A stretch of 64,000 bases of DNA from Myxococcota bacterium (GTDB taxonomy: Bacteria > Myxococcota_A > Polyangia > Nannocystales > Nannocystaceae). The stretch is taken from assembly GCA_039194325.1 (NCBI GenBank), contig JBCCWC010000014.1:58057-122056 (forward strand), read 5' to 3'. Shown in pieces: positions 8,153 to 17,322 of the stretch. Below the pieces are notes generated by a model. That model saw only the letters and a list, made by a program, of their open reading frames with translations, did no database searches and was not told the DNA's origin. Each line of letters begins with the position of its first letter. Position 1 is the stretch's first letter. Position numbers and translations under genes: made by a program.

Positions 8153-10243
8153 ATGATGAGGTGGAGCCCAATAGCCCGGTTTGGGAGAGGATCGCTCGTG
8201 CTGGTTGCGGGGATGGCCACGGGGAGTGGATGTCGTGATCGCGGGGACTCGGCGGCGGGGACCGACACCGACACTGGCACTGGAGGTCCCGGTGGGGCCT
8301 ACGACGCGGGCCTGACCGAGGGCGACAGCGAGACCGAGACCGACGGGGAGCCGGGTGATGCGTGCATGGCATCGAGGGCGCCTCGGCAGCTGCGGCTGCT
8401 GACCCGGCACGAGTATGACGCCACGGTGCACGACCTGTTCGCGCTGGTCGACCCCGACAGCTGCTCGGACGACGCTCAGTGTCCTGCGGGAGCGACCTGT
8501 GAGGGCGCGACCTGCCAGATCGAAACGGTCTTGCCCACCTCGTTCGAGATCCCCGGGCAGGGCGGATGGAATAGCGTCCACCTGGCGGGGAGCTTCAACG
8601 ACTGGCCGGGCACTGTGGCCGAGGGGGGCTGGGCCCTCGACTACGACGCGGGGGCCGGTACGTGGACCGGCAGCTTCGAGATCCCGGCGGGGCAGCACCT
8701 GTACAAGCTGGTCATCGACGAGTCCGACTGGGTCCCCGATCCCTCCAATCCCCAGACGGCCGACGACGGGTTCGGAGGCAGCAACTCGGTGCTCGACGTC
8801 GAGGGCCAGACCCAGGTGGTGCCGCCGCGATCGCTCACCTTCACCGAGGATCTCCCGGCGGAGGTGCGCCCCACCGGCTACCCCTTCGACAACAACGCCG
8901 CCACCGGGCTGGTGACCCCGGTGCACGCCGAGCAGTACATGCGCGCGGCCCAGGCGGTAGCGGCCTTTGCGGTGGCCGAGTCGGACGCGTGGCTGCCCTG
9001 CGCCCCCGAAGGGGACGGCTCGGTCTGCGCCCAGCAGGTGGCGACGCAGTTGGGGCGACGAGCCTTCCGTCGCCCGCTCGACGACGACGAGGTCAGCAAG
9101 TACGCCGATCTCGTCACGGGCGAGGCCAGCTTCGACGACGGCCTGCGGGTGGCCCTGCAGGCCATGCTGGCCTCACCCTACTTCGTGTACCGCTTTGAGG
9201 TCGGCGAGCCGCAGGGCGATCACTTCGTGCTCACCGGCTACGAGCTGGCGGCCGCGCTGTCGTATGGCCTTTGGGGAACGACCCCCGACGACGCCTTGCT
9301 CGATGCGGCCGAGGCGGGGGAGCTGAGCTCGGCCGAGGGGGTGCAGGCCCAGGTGCAGCGCCTGCTGGAGGATCCCCGGGCGCGCGAGCAAGTGGGGACC
9401 TTCGCGGTGCAGTGGCTCGAGGTGGAGAAGGTCGCCACCATCGACAAGAATGCCGCGATGTTCCCCAGCTTCGACGCGGCGCTACGTCGCTCGGTGCTCG
9501 AGGAGACCCGCCGCTTGGCCGCCCACGCGACCTTCGCCGGCCCAGGGGGCTTCGATACGCTGCTGCAGGCCGACTACACCTTTGTAGACGCCGCGCTGGC
9601 GGGCCTTTACGAGATCGACCCGCCCGACACCGACTGGGCCCAGGTGGCCGCGCCACCGGGCCGAGCCGGCATCTTGGGGCACGCCAGCGTGCTGGCGGCC
9701 AATGCCTACCCCGACCAGACCTCGCCGGTGCGACGGGGGCTGTTCGTGCGCCGAGCCCTCTTGTGCCAGGAGCTGCCCGACCCGCCCCCCGACGCCGGCG
9801 GCGTGCCCGACGTAGATCCCAACGCGAGCACGCGCGAGCGCTTCGAGCAGCACATGAACGACCCCTACTGTGCCTCGTGCCACCAGTTCATCGACCCGGT
9901 GGGCTTCGGCTTCGAGCACTTCGATCCGGTCGGGGCGTGGCGGGACGAAGACGCCGGCCACTCGATCGACGCCACCGGGCAGATGCGGGGCCTCGAGTCG
10001 CTGAGCGACGACGTCCAGGATTTCTCCACGATACCCGAGCTCGCGAGCATCGTGGCCGGCAGCGAGTCGGCGCCCGCGTGCTTTGCTACCCACTACTTCC
10101 GCTACACCCACGGGCGCCTCGAGACCTCCGACGACGAGTGCGCGCTCGAGAACCTCGCGCGCCGGTTTAGCGAGGCCGAGCACGACGTGGTCGCGCTCAT
10201 CGTATCCACCCTCACCGCGCCGGAGTTCATGGTTCGCCGCTAG
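8153..10243 (+). CDS. DUF1592/DUF1588/DUF1587 (PSD-type) cytochrome c-like lipoprotein with an inserted CBM48-like domain
   Basis: LRLLTRHEY..VHDLF, RRAFRRP, ASPYFVYR, TSPVRRG, TRERFEQH..DPYCASCHQFIDPVGFGFEHFD (CxxCH). Start uncertain (8045-8153). Confidence 0.88.
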   Translation: MMRWSPIARFGRGSLVLVAGMATGSGCRDRGDSAAGTDTDTGTGGPGGAYDAGLTEGDSETETDGEPGDACMASRAPRQLRLLTRHEYDATVHDLFALVDPDSCSDDAQCPAGATCEGATCQIETVLPTSFEIPGQGGWNSVHLAGSFNDWPGTVAEGGWALDYDAGAGTWTGSFEIPAGQHLYKLVIDESDWVPDPSNPQTADDGFGGSNSVLDVEGQTQVVPPRSLTFTEDLPAEVRPTGYPFDNNAATGLVTPVHAEQYMRAAQAVAAFAVAESDAWLPCAPEGDGSVCAQQVATQLGRRAFRRPLDDDEVSKYADLVTGEASFDDGLRVALQAMLASPYFVYRFEVGEPQGDHFVLTGYELAAALSYGLWGTTPDDALLDAAEAGELSSAEGVQAQVQRLLEDPRAREQVGTFAVQWLEVEKVATIDKNAAMFPSFDAALRRSVLEETRRLAAHATFAGPGGFDTLLQADYTFVDAALAGLYEIDPPDTDWAQVAAPPGRAGILGHASVLAANAYPDQTSPVRRGLFVRRALLCQELPDPPPDAGGVPDVDPNASTRERFEQHMNDPYCASCHQFIDPVGFGFEHFDPVGAWRDEDAGHSIDATGQMRGLESLSDDVQDFSTIPELASIVAGSESAPACFATHYFRYTHGRLETSDDECALENLARRFSEAEHDVVALIVSTLTAPEFMVRR

Positions 10244-10296
10244 CGATGTACTGCTCGTGGCACCACTCGAACACGAACCCATCGAAAGCCCGATCC

Positions 10297-11646
10297 ATGC
10301 GACTTCCCGCCTGTTCTCGTCGTCGTTTCTTCTCCACCGTAGCTGGGGCCGGCCTGGCTCTGCCCTTCTTCGAGCTGCTACAGCCGGGGCGAGCCCGTGC
10401 CGCCAATGGCCTAGCCGAGCGCCTCATCGTGTTCTACTTCCCCAACGGGGTGGCGGGCACCAGCCAAGACGGCCAGCCTAGCCAGTGGCACTGCACGGGG
10501 GGCGGCAGCAACTTCGAGCTGTCGTCGCAGCTGCAGCCGCTGGCCGGCTTCCGAGACGAGTGCCTGTTTCTCAACGGCCTGTCGATGGGCCCCACCGACA
10601 ACGGCAACCACCCCGGTGGGGCCCGCAAGCTGCTCACCGCCGCCGACCACGGCAACGGCGAGTCCATCGATCAGATGCTGGCCCGGACCGCCGGGGCCGA
10701 CGCTCCGTTTCGCCACCTCAACCTCGGGGCCATGGTGATGCACGACAACCCCAGCGGGGACGCGTTCATCTCGTACTCGGGCCCGGGGGCTCCCGTGGCT
10801 CCGCAAGACGATCCGGTGGCTGCGTTCGAGTATCTCTTTGGGGCTGGCGTCCCCGGCGGGGGCGGCGAGCCGGGCGAGCCCGATCCCCGGCAGGTCACCG
10901 TCATCGATGCCGTGCTCGACGACATGGACCGCCTGCGCGCCCAACTCGGCGACCTCGACAAGCCCAAGCTCGACCTGCACCTCGAGTCGCTGCGCGAGGT
11001 AGAAGAGCGGATCAAGAACGTCTCCGATCTGCCCGCGACCTGCAAAGATCCCACCCTCGACACGACCGGGGTGGTGCCCGGCAGCTACGACCCCAGCACC
11101 TTCCCCGCCGTGCTCCGGGCCCAGATCGATCTCACCGTGCTCGCGATGGCCTGTGGTCTGAGCCGGGTCGGGGTGATCCAGTGCGCCCACCACACCAGCG
11201 ACATCGTGATCACGCAGTTCCCGGGCACCGAGATGTATGACCCGGGCTTCAACATCACCAGCCACGGCGCGTCGCACTATGGCTCGAGCCACGCCGGGCA
11301 AAACTATGATGCGCACTTCCAGCAGGGCCGCTACTGGGCCGACCAGTTCGCCTACCTGCTGCAATCGCTCGCCGATCGTCCCGATCCGCTCGGTGGCGGC
11401 TCCATGCTCGACACCTCCGTGGTCCTTTTTTGCACTGAGGTCAGCGACGGCAACACCCACGAGCACCACAACATGCCCTTCCTGCTCGCGGGTCGGGGCG
11501 GGGGAGCGATCGAGCCCGGTCGCCTGCTCGGGTTCGACGGCGATCGCCACGCGGGGCTGCTGGCGGCGATCGCCCACGCGATGGGAGAGCCCGTCGGTGG
11601 CTTTGGCGACACCGGCACCGCGCCGTTGTCCGGGATCCTCAGCTGA
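10297..11646 (+). CDS. DUF1552 (HXXSHH) family protein with a Tat-like signal
   Basis: SRRRFF signal, RLIVFYFPNG, SIDQMLA, KLDLHLESLREVE, SHGASH, H..HNMPFLLAG. Usual partner of DUF1592. Confidence 0.9.
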   Translation: MRLPACSRRRFFSTVAGAGLALPFFELLQPGRARAANGLAERLIVFYFPNGVAGTSQDGQPSQWHCTGGGSNFELSSQLQPLAGFRDECLFLNGLSMGPTDNGNHPGGARKLLTAADHGNGESIDQMLARTAGADAPFRHLNLGAMVMHDNPSGDAFISYSGPGAPVAPQDDPVAAFEYLFGAGVPGGGGEPGEPDPRQVTVIDAVLDDMDRLRAQLGDLDKPKLDLHLESLREVEERIKNVSDLPATCKDPTLDTTGVVPGSYDPSTFPAVLRAQIDLTVLAMACGLSRVGVIQCAHHTSDIVITQFPGTEMYDPGFNITSHGASHYGSSHAGQNYDAHFQQGRYWADQFAYLLQSLADRPDPLGGGSMLDTSVVLFCTEVSDGNTHEHHNMPFLLAGRGGGAIEPGRLLGFDGDRHAGLLAAIAHAMGEPVGGFGDTGTAPLSGILS

Positions 11647-11767
11647 GCTGGGCTCTAGATGCCGAGGCCGGCTCGGGGATGCGCAACGCAGTCGCGCCCG
11701 GCCTCGGTCTTGGGCTATCTATGCCGAGGTCCTGGTCGGCTCGGCCTTGGTGCCCTAGGATGGGTCG

Positions 11768-12022
11768 ATGACCTCGGTCGTGTTGTGGTCCGTGTCCATG
11801 CTCGCTTCGCCGGTGCTGCTGGCGGAGGCGGGGCCGACGACCGCGGTGGTGCGGGCTGCCGACGACGAGCGCCCCCAGCGGCGCAGTCGGGATGACGCCA
11901 AGGGAGCCCCGCCGATCCAGATGGGCATGGGCCCTACCGCGCTGGCCATGCTTGCGCTGGTCTTCGCCGTGGTCGTGCGCGCTAGCCGTCGTCGCCGAGC
12001 CAGCACCACCACCACGCTGTGA
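11768..12022 (+). CDS. Small protein with a C-terminal TM helix followed by an Arg cluster
   Basis: ALAMLALVFAVVVRASRRRR resembles a membrane anchor or sorting signal. Confidence 0.4.
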   Translation: MTSVVLWSVSMLASPVLLAEAGPTTAVVRAADDERPQRRSRDDAKGAPPIQMGMGPTALAMLALVFAVVVRASRRRRASTTTTL

Positions 12023-12199
12023 GCGAGCGCGGCCCCGCGGGCGGTCTGGTCCGGAGGGGCCGACGACCGGCCGGTGGTCGATCAAACCTCGTTCTTGGTC
12101 CCCTGCTCCGGATCATAGCGGGCTGGATTGACCCCGGTCGTCACGGTTCCCTACGTTCGAACCGCAGCCTGTTCGGGATCACCACGGAAAGTAGGACTC

Positions 12200-13360
12200 A
12201 TGGATATCGTTAGTATCGGTCCGGTGGCGGGGGGACCCGTCGAGCTCCAGCGCGAGATGAGCGCGGTCGCAAGCCGCTTGTCGGGACAGAAGCTGGCGTT
12301 CTTGTATCTGCCCATCGATGCCGACCATGATGCCTACCTGCGAGCGGCCGAGGAGGCCCTAGGGGGTCCGGTGGTGGGGGCCACCACCGGCGGTGCTGCG
12401 TTCACCGAGCGAGGGTGGACCAAGTCCAAGCCGGTCGCGGCGGTCATCGGTGGTATCGACGTGGCCTTCGAGATCGGGGTGGCGACCGGGCTCGGGGACA
12501 ACCTCGGCGCGTCGATCGCCACGGGGGTGCGTCCCGTGGTCGAAGCGGCTCGGGCGTACGCCAGCCGCAGTCACGCCCTCGTCGTCCTGGCTGATGCCTT
12601 CGCGTGTGATGGCGAGGCCCTGCTGTCGGCCGTGGCCGACGCGACGCCGCCCCACTGGCGCCTATTCGGAGGTACGGCGGGCGACGACTGGACGTTCACC
12701 GGCACCAAGGTCTTCGCCCAAGGGGAGGTCGTCCAGGGGGCCGCGGTGATGGTCGGCGTGTTCTCCGATGCTCCTCCCTCGCTGGCCACCCGGCACGGCT
12801 GGTGCGCGGCCGAGGGCGGCAACGAGCTCACCGTGACCGGGATCGAAGGCAATCGCCTGCTCACCCTCAACGGTGAGCCCGCCGCTCGCGTCTATCGGGC
12901 CGAGCTCGAGCGGCTGGGCTTTTGGAAGGAGGGCGAGGAGCTCATGCCCGTGATGGCCAAGTACGAGCTGGGGGCCAAGACCGTCTTCGGCAACGAGCTG
13001 AAGATCCGCGCCCCGCTAGGGGTGGACGATGATGGATCGGTGCTGCTGGCCAGCACCTTGCCGCGCGGGACCCTGGTCCGGGTCGTGACCGCCGATCCCG
13101 ACCAGCTGATCGCGGCGGCCACCGAGCTGTCGGCCCGAGCGCTCGAGCCGCTGGCCGGCGCTGCGATCCGGGGCGCGCTGGTCTTCGATTGCGCCGCCCG
13201 GCTCCAGCTGCTCGGTTCACGGTACGGCGACGAGGTCTCCGCGTTCCTCGGCGGCCGCAATTTCCCCATGGTGGGCATGGCCTGCTACGGCGAGATCGCT
13301 CGGTTCGGCGGGAGCATCGAGGGCTTCCACAACACCACCGCGGTCATGGCCGCCTGGTAG
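12200..13360 (+). CDS. Stand-alone FIST N/C domain sensory protein
   Basis: VVGATTGG, LFGGTAGDD, FDCAAR, GMACYGEI...FHNTT. AGGA lies upstream of ATG 12200. Confidence 0.9.
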   Translation: MDIVSIGPVAGGPVELQREMSAVASRLSGQKLAFLYLPIDADHDAYLRAAEEALGGPVVGATTGGAAFTERGWTKSKPVAAVIGGIDVAFEIGVATGLGDNLGASIATGVRPVVEAARAYASRSHALVVLADAFACDGEALLSAVADATPPHWRLFGGTAGDDWTFTGTKVFAQGEVVQGAAVMVGVFSDAPPSLATRHGWCAAEGGNELTVTGIEGNRLLTLNGEPAARVYRAELERLGFWKEGEELMPVMAKYELGAKTVFGNELKIRAPLGVDDDGSVLLASTLPRGTLVRVVTADPDQLIAAATELSARALEPLAGAAIRGALVFDCAARLQLLGSRYGDEVSAFLGGRNFPMVGMACYGEIARFGGSIEGFHNTTAVMAAW

Positions 13361-13376
13361 TGGACGCCGGCTTGGT

Positions 13377-13925
13377 CTATACCAGCTCGATGCCGTAGCG
13401 CGAGCGCAGCTCGACGAGCGGGACGTCGAGGTGGTCCGGCCAGCGATACAGCGCCCACTTGCGGGTCATCCGACGCGAGCGCCACATGACCTTGGCCACG
13501 CGAGGGAGGGTCGACAGGGTCGACGCCACCACTCGGCCGTAGCCTATGTCGCGAAACAAGCGACGAATGAAATCCCGCTGGGCCTCGCTGCGGAAGTACG
13601 GCCACAGCTGCTTCCACGTCGTATCGGTACCGACAAAGGTCCAGGTGTCGGCCAGGGTCTCGTCGGGCAGCGAGGTGCCGAGCCCAAAGAGCACGTGGCA
13701 GGCATCGTGGGCCGCTAAGAACATACCCAGATCGCCCAGGGATCTGTCTTGGGCGAGCTGCTCGACGTCGAACAGGTTGGGGTTGGCGGCTTGGTACTCG
13801 GCCAGGCCCTCGCGCAAGGTCTGCGTGGAGTCGGCGTGTTGGTAGCGACAGCGGACGGCGACGCCGGGCGTGACGGTTGCCCCGGCGGGGGCGGGGGCGG
13901 GGGCGGGAGCTTGGACCATGTCCAT
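13377..13925 (-). CDS. Coq4-like protein
   Basis: HDACHVLFGLGTSLPDE (HDxxH...E motif) and C-terminal PLVELRSRYGI. Start uncertain (13919-13991). Confidence 0.65.
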   Translation of the reverse strand: MDMVQAPAPAPAPAGATVTPGVAVRCRYQHADSTQTLREGLAEYQAANPNLFDVEQLAQDRSLGDLGMFLAAHDACHVLFGLGTSLPDETLADTWTFVGTDTTWKQLWPYFRSEAQRDFIRRLFRDIGYGRVVASTLSTLPRVAKVMWRSRRMTRKWALYRWPDHLDVPLVELRSRYGIELV

Positions 13926-13984
13926 CGAATCTGCGTCCTCTCTTGTAGTGTTCTCTCGGTTTTTCTTCGGGTCGACAATCAGTT

Positions 13985-14020
13985 CGACCACCTGGTCTCA
14001 AATATGAGACCACCGGTCTA
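13985..14020. promoter_or_regulatory. Putative operator: TGGTCTCA-N4-TGAGACCA inverted repeat with GACC-N3/4-GGTC boxes
   Basis: Perfect 8-bp inverted repeat (13993-14000 / 14005-14012) in an AT-rich intergenic region upstream of the Coq4-like gene. Confidence 0.45.
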
Positions 14021-14528
14021 ATTTTCGATCGAGTTTGGTCTTTTTTTTATAAGCTACCGGAACTAATAAGGAAAAAATGATCGTACGGCCGGTCGAGCGC
14101 ACGGTGGTTTTCGCTTGCGCAACCTTCGCATTTGCCGAACGAACCCATCGAGGCTTCGAGCGCCGTCGCGGCGCGGGTCGAGGGATCGACAAGAGGGCCG
14201 AGCGGGATGGAGGTCGTTCGTGGAGCGGTGGTGGTCGTCGAGCGCGCGAGCGCCGGCGTCGCCCGGTGTCGTGGGGGAGACGACACGTCCCGCGTCCGTG
14301 ACCCTCGAGGGCTCGTCACCCGCGGCCGAGCTCGCCGCGGTACGAACGGGCGCGGCCGGCTGTGGGTGCAGTCGACTCCGGTCCGACTCGATCCCGGGCT
14401 GGTTCGACGCCGGGTGGTGACCCCGTGGCCCGTCGATGGCTCTGCTGGTTCGGCGCATCTCGCTCTGTCTGGTGGCTCGGGTGCATCGCGGGGTGGTTCG
14501 AGGTCGCGCGGCCGGCTACGATCGATCG

Positions 14529-15143
14529 ATGTCCGTGGATCCCGTGCGGCGCATGGCGACCGTGGACGACCTCCCGGTCGAGCCCGATCGCCGGGCGTAC
14601 GAGATCGTGCAGGGCGTCATCGTGGAGAAAGCCAGCCCGACCTTCGAGCACGGTGAGGCCCAGGGAGCGGCGGCGGCTCATGCTCGCCGCTTTCATGGCC
14701 GGGGCAACGGCGGGGGATCGGCGGGCTGGTGGATCGCGGTCGAGGTCGACGTCGAGCTTGAGCCGCATGAGCTGTACCGCCCCGATGTGGTCGGCTGGCG
14801 TCGGGATCGCACGCCCGATCGTCCGCGAGGTTGGCCGGTTCGCGTGTGTCCCGACTGGATCTGCGAGATCCTGTCTCCGTCTACGGCATCGCGCGACGTA
14901 GGTCCCAAGCTGCGGACCTATCATCGGCATGGCGTTGGTCACCTGTGGATCGTCGACCCCGAGCACCGCATGCTCACCGTGTATCGGCACGGGACCGACG
15001 GCTACGTGGTGGCTCTGGCCGCGGGGGTTGAGGAGACGGTTTCGGCCGAGCCCTTCGAGCGCCTGCCGCTGCACGTGGGTGTGCTGTTCGGCGTGGAGGA
15101 AGACGCGCCCACCGTTCATCCCAAGGACGGGCCGGCACGCTAG
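14529..15143 (+). CDS. Uma2/DUF820 family putative endonuclease
   Basis: YEIVQG...P...HG, PDVVGW, PDWICEILSPST...D...KL..Y...GV.HLWIVDP. Confidence 0.9.
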   Translation: MSVDPVRRMATVDDLPVEPDRRAYEIVQGVIVEKASPTFEHGEAQGAAAAHARRFHGRGNGGGSAGWWIAVEVDVELEPHELYRPDVVGWRRDRTPDRPRGWPVRVCPDWICEILSPSTASRDVGPKLRTYHRHGVGHLWIVDPEHRMLTVYRHGTDGYVVALAAGVEETVSAEPFERLPLHVGVLFGVEEDAPTVHPKDGPAR

Positions 15144-15327
15144 CGGCGGGCAGGGGGCGACCTGTCCATGCCCTGTGCGGTGCTGGTGAGATCTCGGCCG
15201 CGCCGCTCGCTCGCCGATTCCAGGCCGATCGTTGCCGATCGCGTGACGGCAGTCACGACTGACGGGGGATTTGTTACCGGTCCGTCATGCTCGGTTCGGG
15301 TGGTCACGCTACGGTGCCGCACTTTCC

Positions 15328-16383
15328 ATGAAGACTCTACGCGTTCGTTCGTTGGGCATCGTGGTGGTGTCTGCCGGTTTGGCCTGCTCCGATGATCTTC
15401 CAAGTGTGCAGACGATGACCATGGGCTCGAGCGAGTCCGACACCATCACCGGCACCTCGACGATGTCGCCGGTCACTGGTCCGCCTCAGTCCACCACCGC
15501 CAGCACACCGGGGGCTACCGACAGCACGGCTGCCTTCGACGGCACCACCACCGATGGGGCCACGACCACGGCCGCGGGTACCCAGACCACGGCAGCGGAC
15601 ACACAGACCGAGACGGGACCGACCACCGGCGGGGAGACGACCACCGAGTCCGGGGTTTCCACCGGGACCACCACGACAGCGACCGAGGGGACGGGGACCA
15701 CCGCCGGCGGGATGGACGACACCATCTACGAGATCCAGGACGGCACGATCTCCACCGGAGTGGCGGTCGACGTCCAGGGGGTCGTCGTCACCGGAGTGGG
15801 TGGCTCGGGGTTCTTCGCCCAAGAGCCCGGCGGTGGCCAGTACGCGGGCGTCTACGTCTACGTGGCCGCGCCGCCGATGGTGATGGCCGGAGACGAGGTG
15901 GACATCGTGGGGGTCACCGTGGAGTTCAACGACCTGACCGAGATCGACGTCCAGGCGGGGGCGGTCACCCCGACCGGGCTCACGGGCGTGAACCTGGTAC
16001 CCGACGTGGTCGTGCTGTCCGAGCTTACGCCCGCCACCGGTGAGCCCTGGGAGGGGGTGCTGGTGCGCATCGAGGGGGCACCGCTGACCGTGGTCGATCT
16101 GCCCGGCTTCGACGAGTTCGACGTGGGCGACGGTGGAGTCGACGACGCACGGATCGACAACTTCCTCTATAGTGTGTTCGACTTTCCCGCGGTCTATCCC
16201 GGCTTTGGCGTGGGGGCTACCTTCACCGCGGTCCAGGGGCCGGTCAATTTCACCTTTGGGGCGTACAAGGTCGCTCCCCGCGAGCCTACCGATCTTGAGG
16301 GTTACCTGCCGCCCGCCGCCGCGCGTAGGGGGGCGCTGGGCGTGCCGCTGCCGTGGTTGGAGGAGGCGCCGCCGCGGGGCTGA
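15328..16383 (+). CDS. Lipoprotein with a Thr-rich linker and an OB-fold-like domain of the type found in extracellular nucleases
   Basis: Lipobox AGLAC, T-rich region, TIYEIQ...VDVQGVVVTG...FFAQE, EPWEGVLVRI, YKVAPR. Confidence 0.7.
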   Translation: MKTLRVRSLGIVVVSAGLACSDDLPSVQTMTMGSSESDTITGTSTMSPVTGPPQSTTASTPGATDSTAAFDGTTTDGATTTAAGTQTTAADTQTETGPTTGGETTTESGVSTGTTTTATEGTGTTAGGMDDTIYEIQDGTISTGVAVDVQGVVVTGVGGSGFFAQEPGGGQYAGVYVYVAAPPMVMAGDEVDIVGVTVEFNDLTEIDVQAGAVTPTGLTGVNLVPDVVVLSELTPATGEPWEGVLVRIEGAPLTVVDLPGFDEFDVGDGGVDDARIDNFLYSVFDFPAVYPGFGVGATFTAVQGPVNFTFGAYKVAPREPTDLEGYLPPAAARRGALGVPLPWLEEAPPRG

Positions 16384-16476
16384 TCGCTCGGCGCCGAGCC
16401 CCGTAAGCGCGGGTGGGGGCGCACACCCATCCCCGGCGGGGCGAGGGCCACGAATATGCGGGTATCATGCCGACCC

Positions 16477-17220
16477 ATGCGAAGCATCGTGCTGGCGTGC
16501 GTGCTGGGAGGGTCAGCGGGGGCGGCGGCGTGCTTACTGAAGCTCGACAACGAGATCGCGTGTGGAGATGGCTATACCGACACCCCGTCGGGCGAGGAGT
16601 GTGACCCCGAGGACAGCGACAGCTACCGCGACGCGTGCGGCACCGTGCCGGGCTACTGCAATCCCAACTCGTGCCAGCTCGAGTGCTGCGGGGACGAGGT
16701 CGCCAACGGCGTCGAGGAGTGCGACGCATCCGACCTCGGACAGTTGGGGCCGGACGGGGGCTCCGGCGCGGGCGAGGGCTGCCGGGGGCTCACCATACCG
16801 GGGACCACCCAACGCTATGCGGGCGGGACCCTGGGCTGCACGGACGCGTGCCGCTTCGATCTAAGCGGTTGCTCGTTGTGCGGCAACGAGCAGATCGACC
16901 CGCGGATCGTCTATCCCGACGCCGAAGAGCTCGGGGCCGAGATCTGTGACGGTGATTTCGTCTTGCCCGAGCCGCTGCGGAGCCGATGCGCGGGGGTCTG
17001 CGAGTATGCCGGCGACAAGCCGGTCGAATGCAACGTTGCCTGCGATGGCTGTCGGTTTCTCACCGTGCTCGAGCCCAAGCAGTGCTGTCGTCCCAAGGAC
17101 ACGCCGATCGACCTGGACCGAGAGCGCGGCTACCCATGTTGCTGCGAGCTCGACGAGCGCGAGTGCGACCTGACCGAACTGGCACCGGAGCCCGGGGTTC
17201 AGCCGGTCTGCCCGGGGTGA
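16477..17220 (+). CDS. Cys-rich myxobacterial lipoprotein
   Basis: Signal ending AAAC, repeated CGDG...EECD motifs. Confidence 0.75.
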   Translation: MRSIVLACVLGGSAGAAACLLKLDNEIACGDGYTDTPSGEECDPEDSDSYRDACGTVPGYCNPNSCQLECCGDEVANGVEECDASDLGQLGPDGGSGAGEGCRGLTIPGTTQRYAGGTLGCTDACRFDLSGCSLCGNEQIDPRIVYPDAEELGAEICDGDFVLPEPLRSRCAGVCEYAGDKPVECNVACDGCRFLTVLEPKQCCRPKDTPIDLDRERGYPCCCELDERECDLTELAPEPGVQPVCPG

Positions 17221-17322
17221 ACCTCGGCCGAGCGAAGATCGCAGCAGCCCGGGCGGGGTGTCCCCCGACCGGGCTGCTGAGATTAGGCTGCTGAGAGTGG
17301 GCGCCGAGGCTGGGCCTTGGCC

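Noticed and set aside
14529..15143. Uma2 nuclease as the retron effector
   Set aside because: It is about 10 kb away on the opposite strand and belongs to a family that is highly expanded in myxobacteria.
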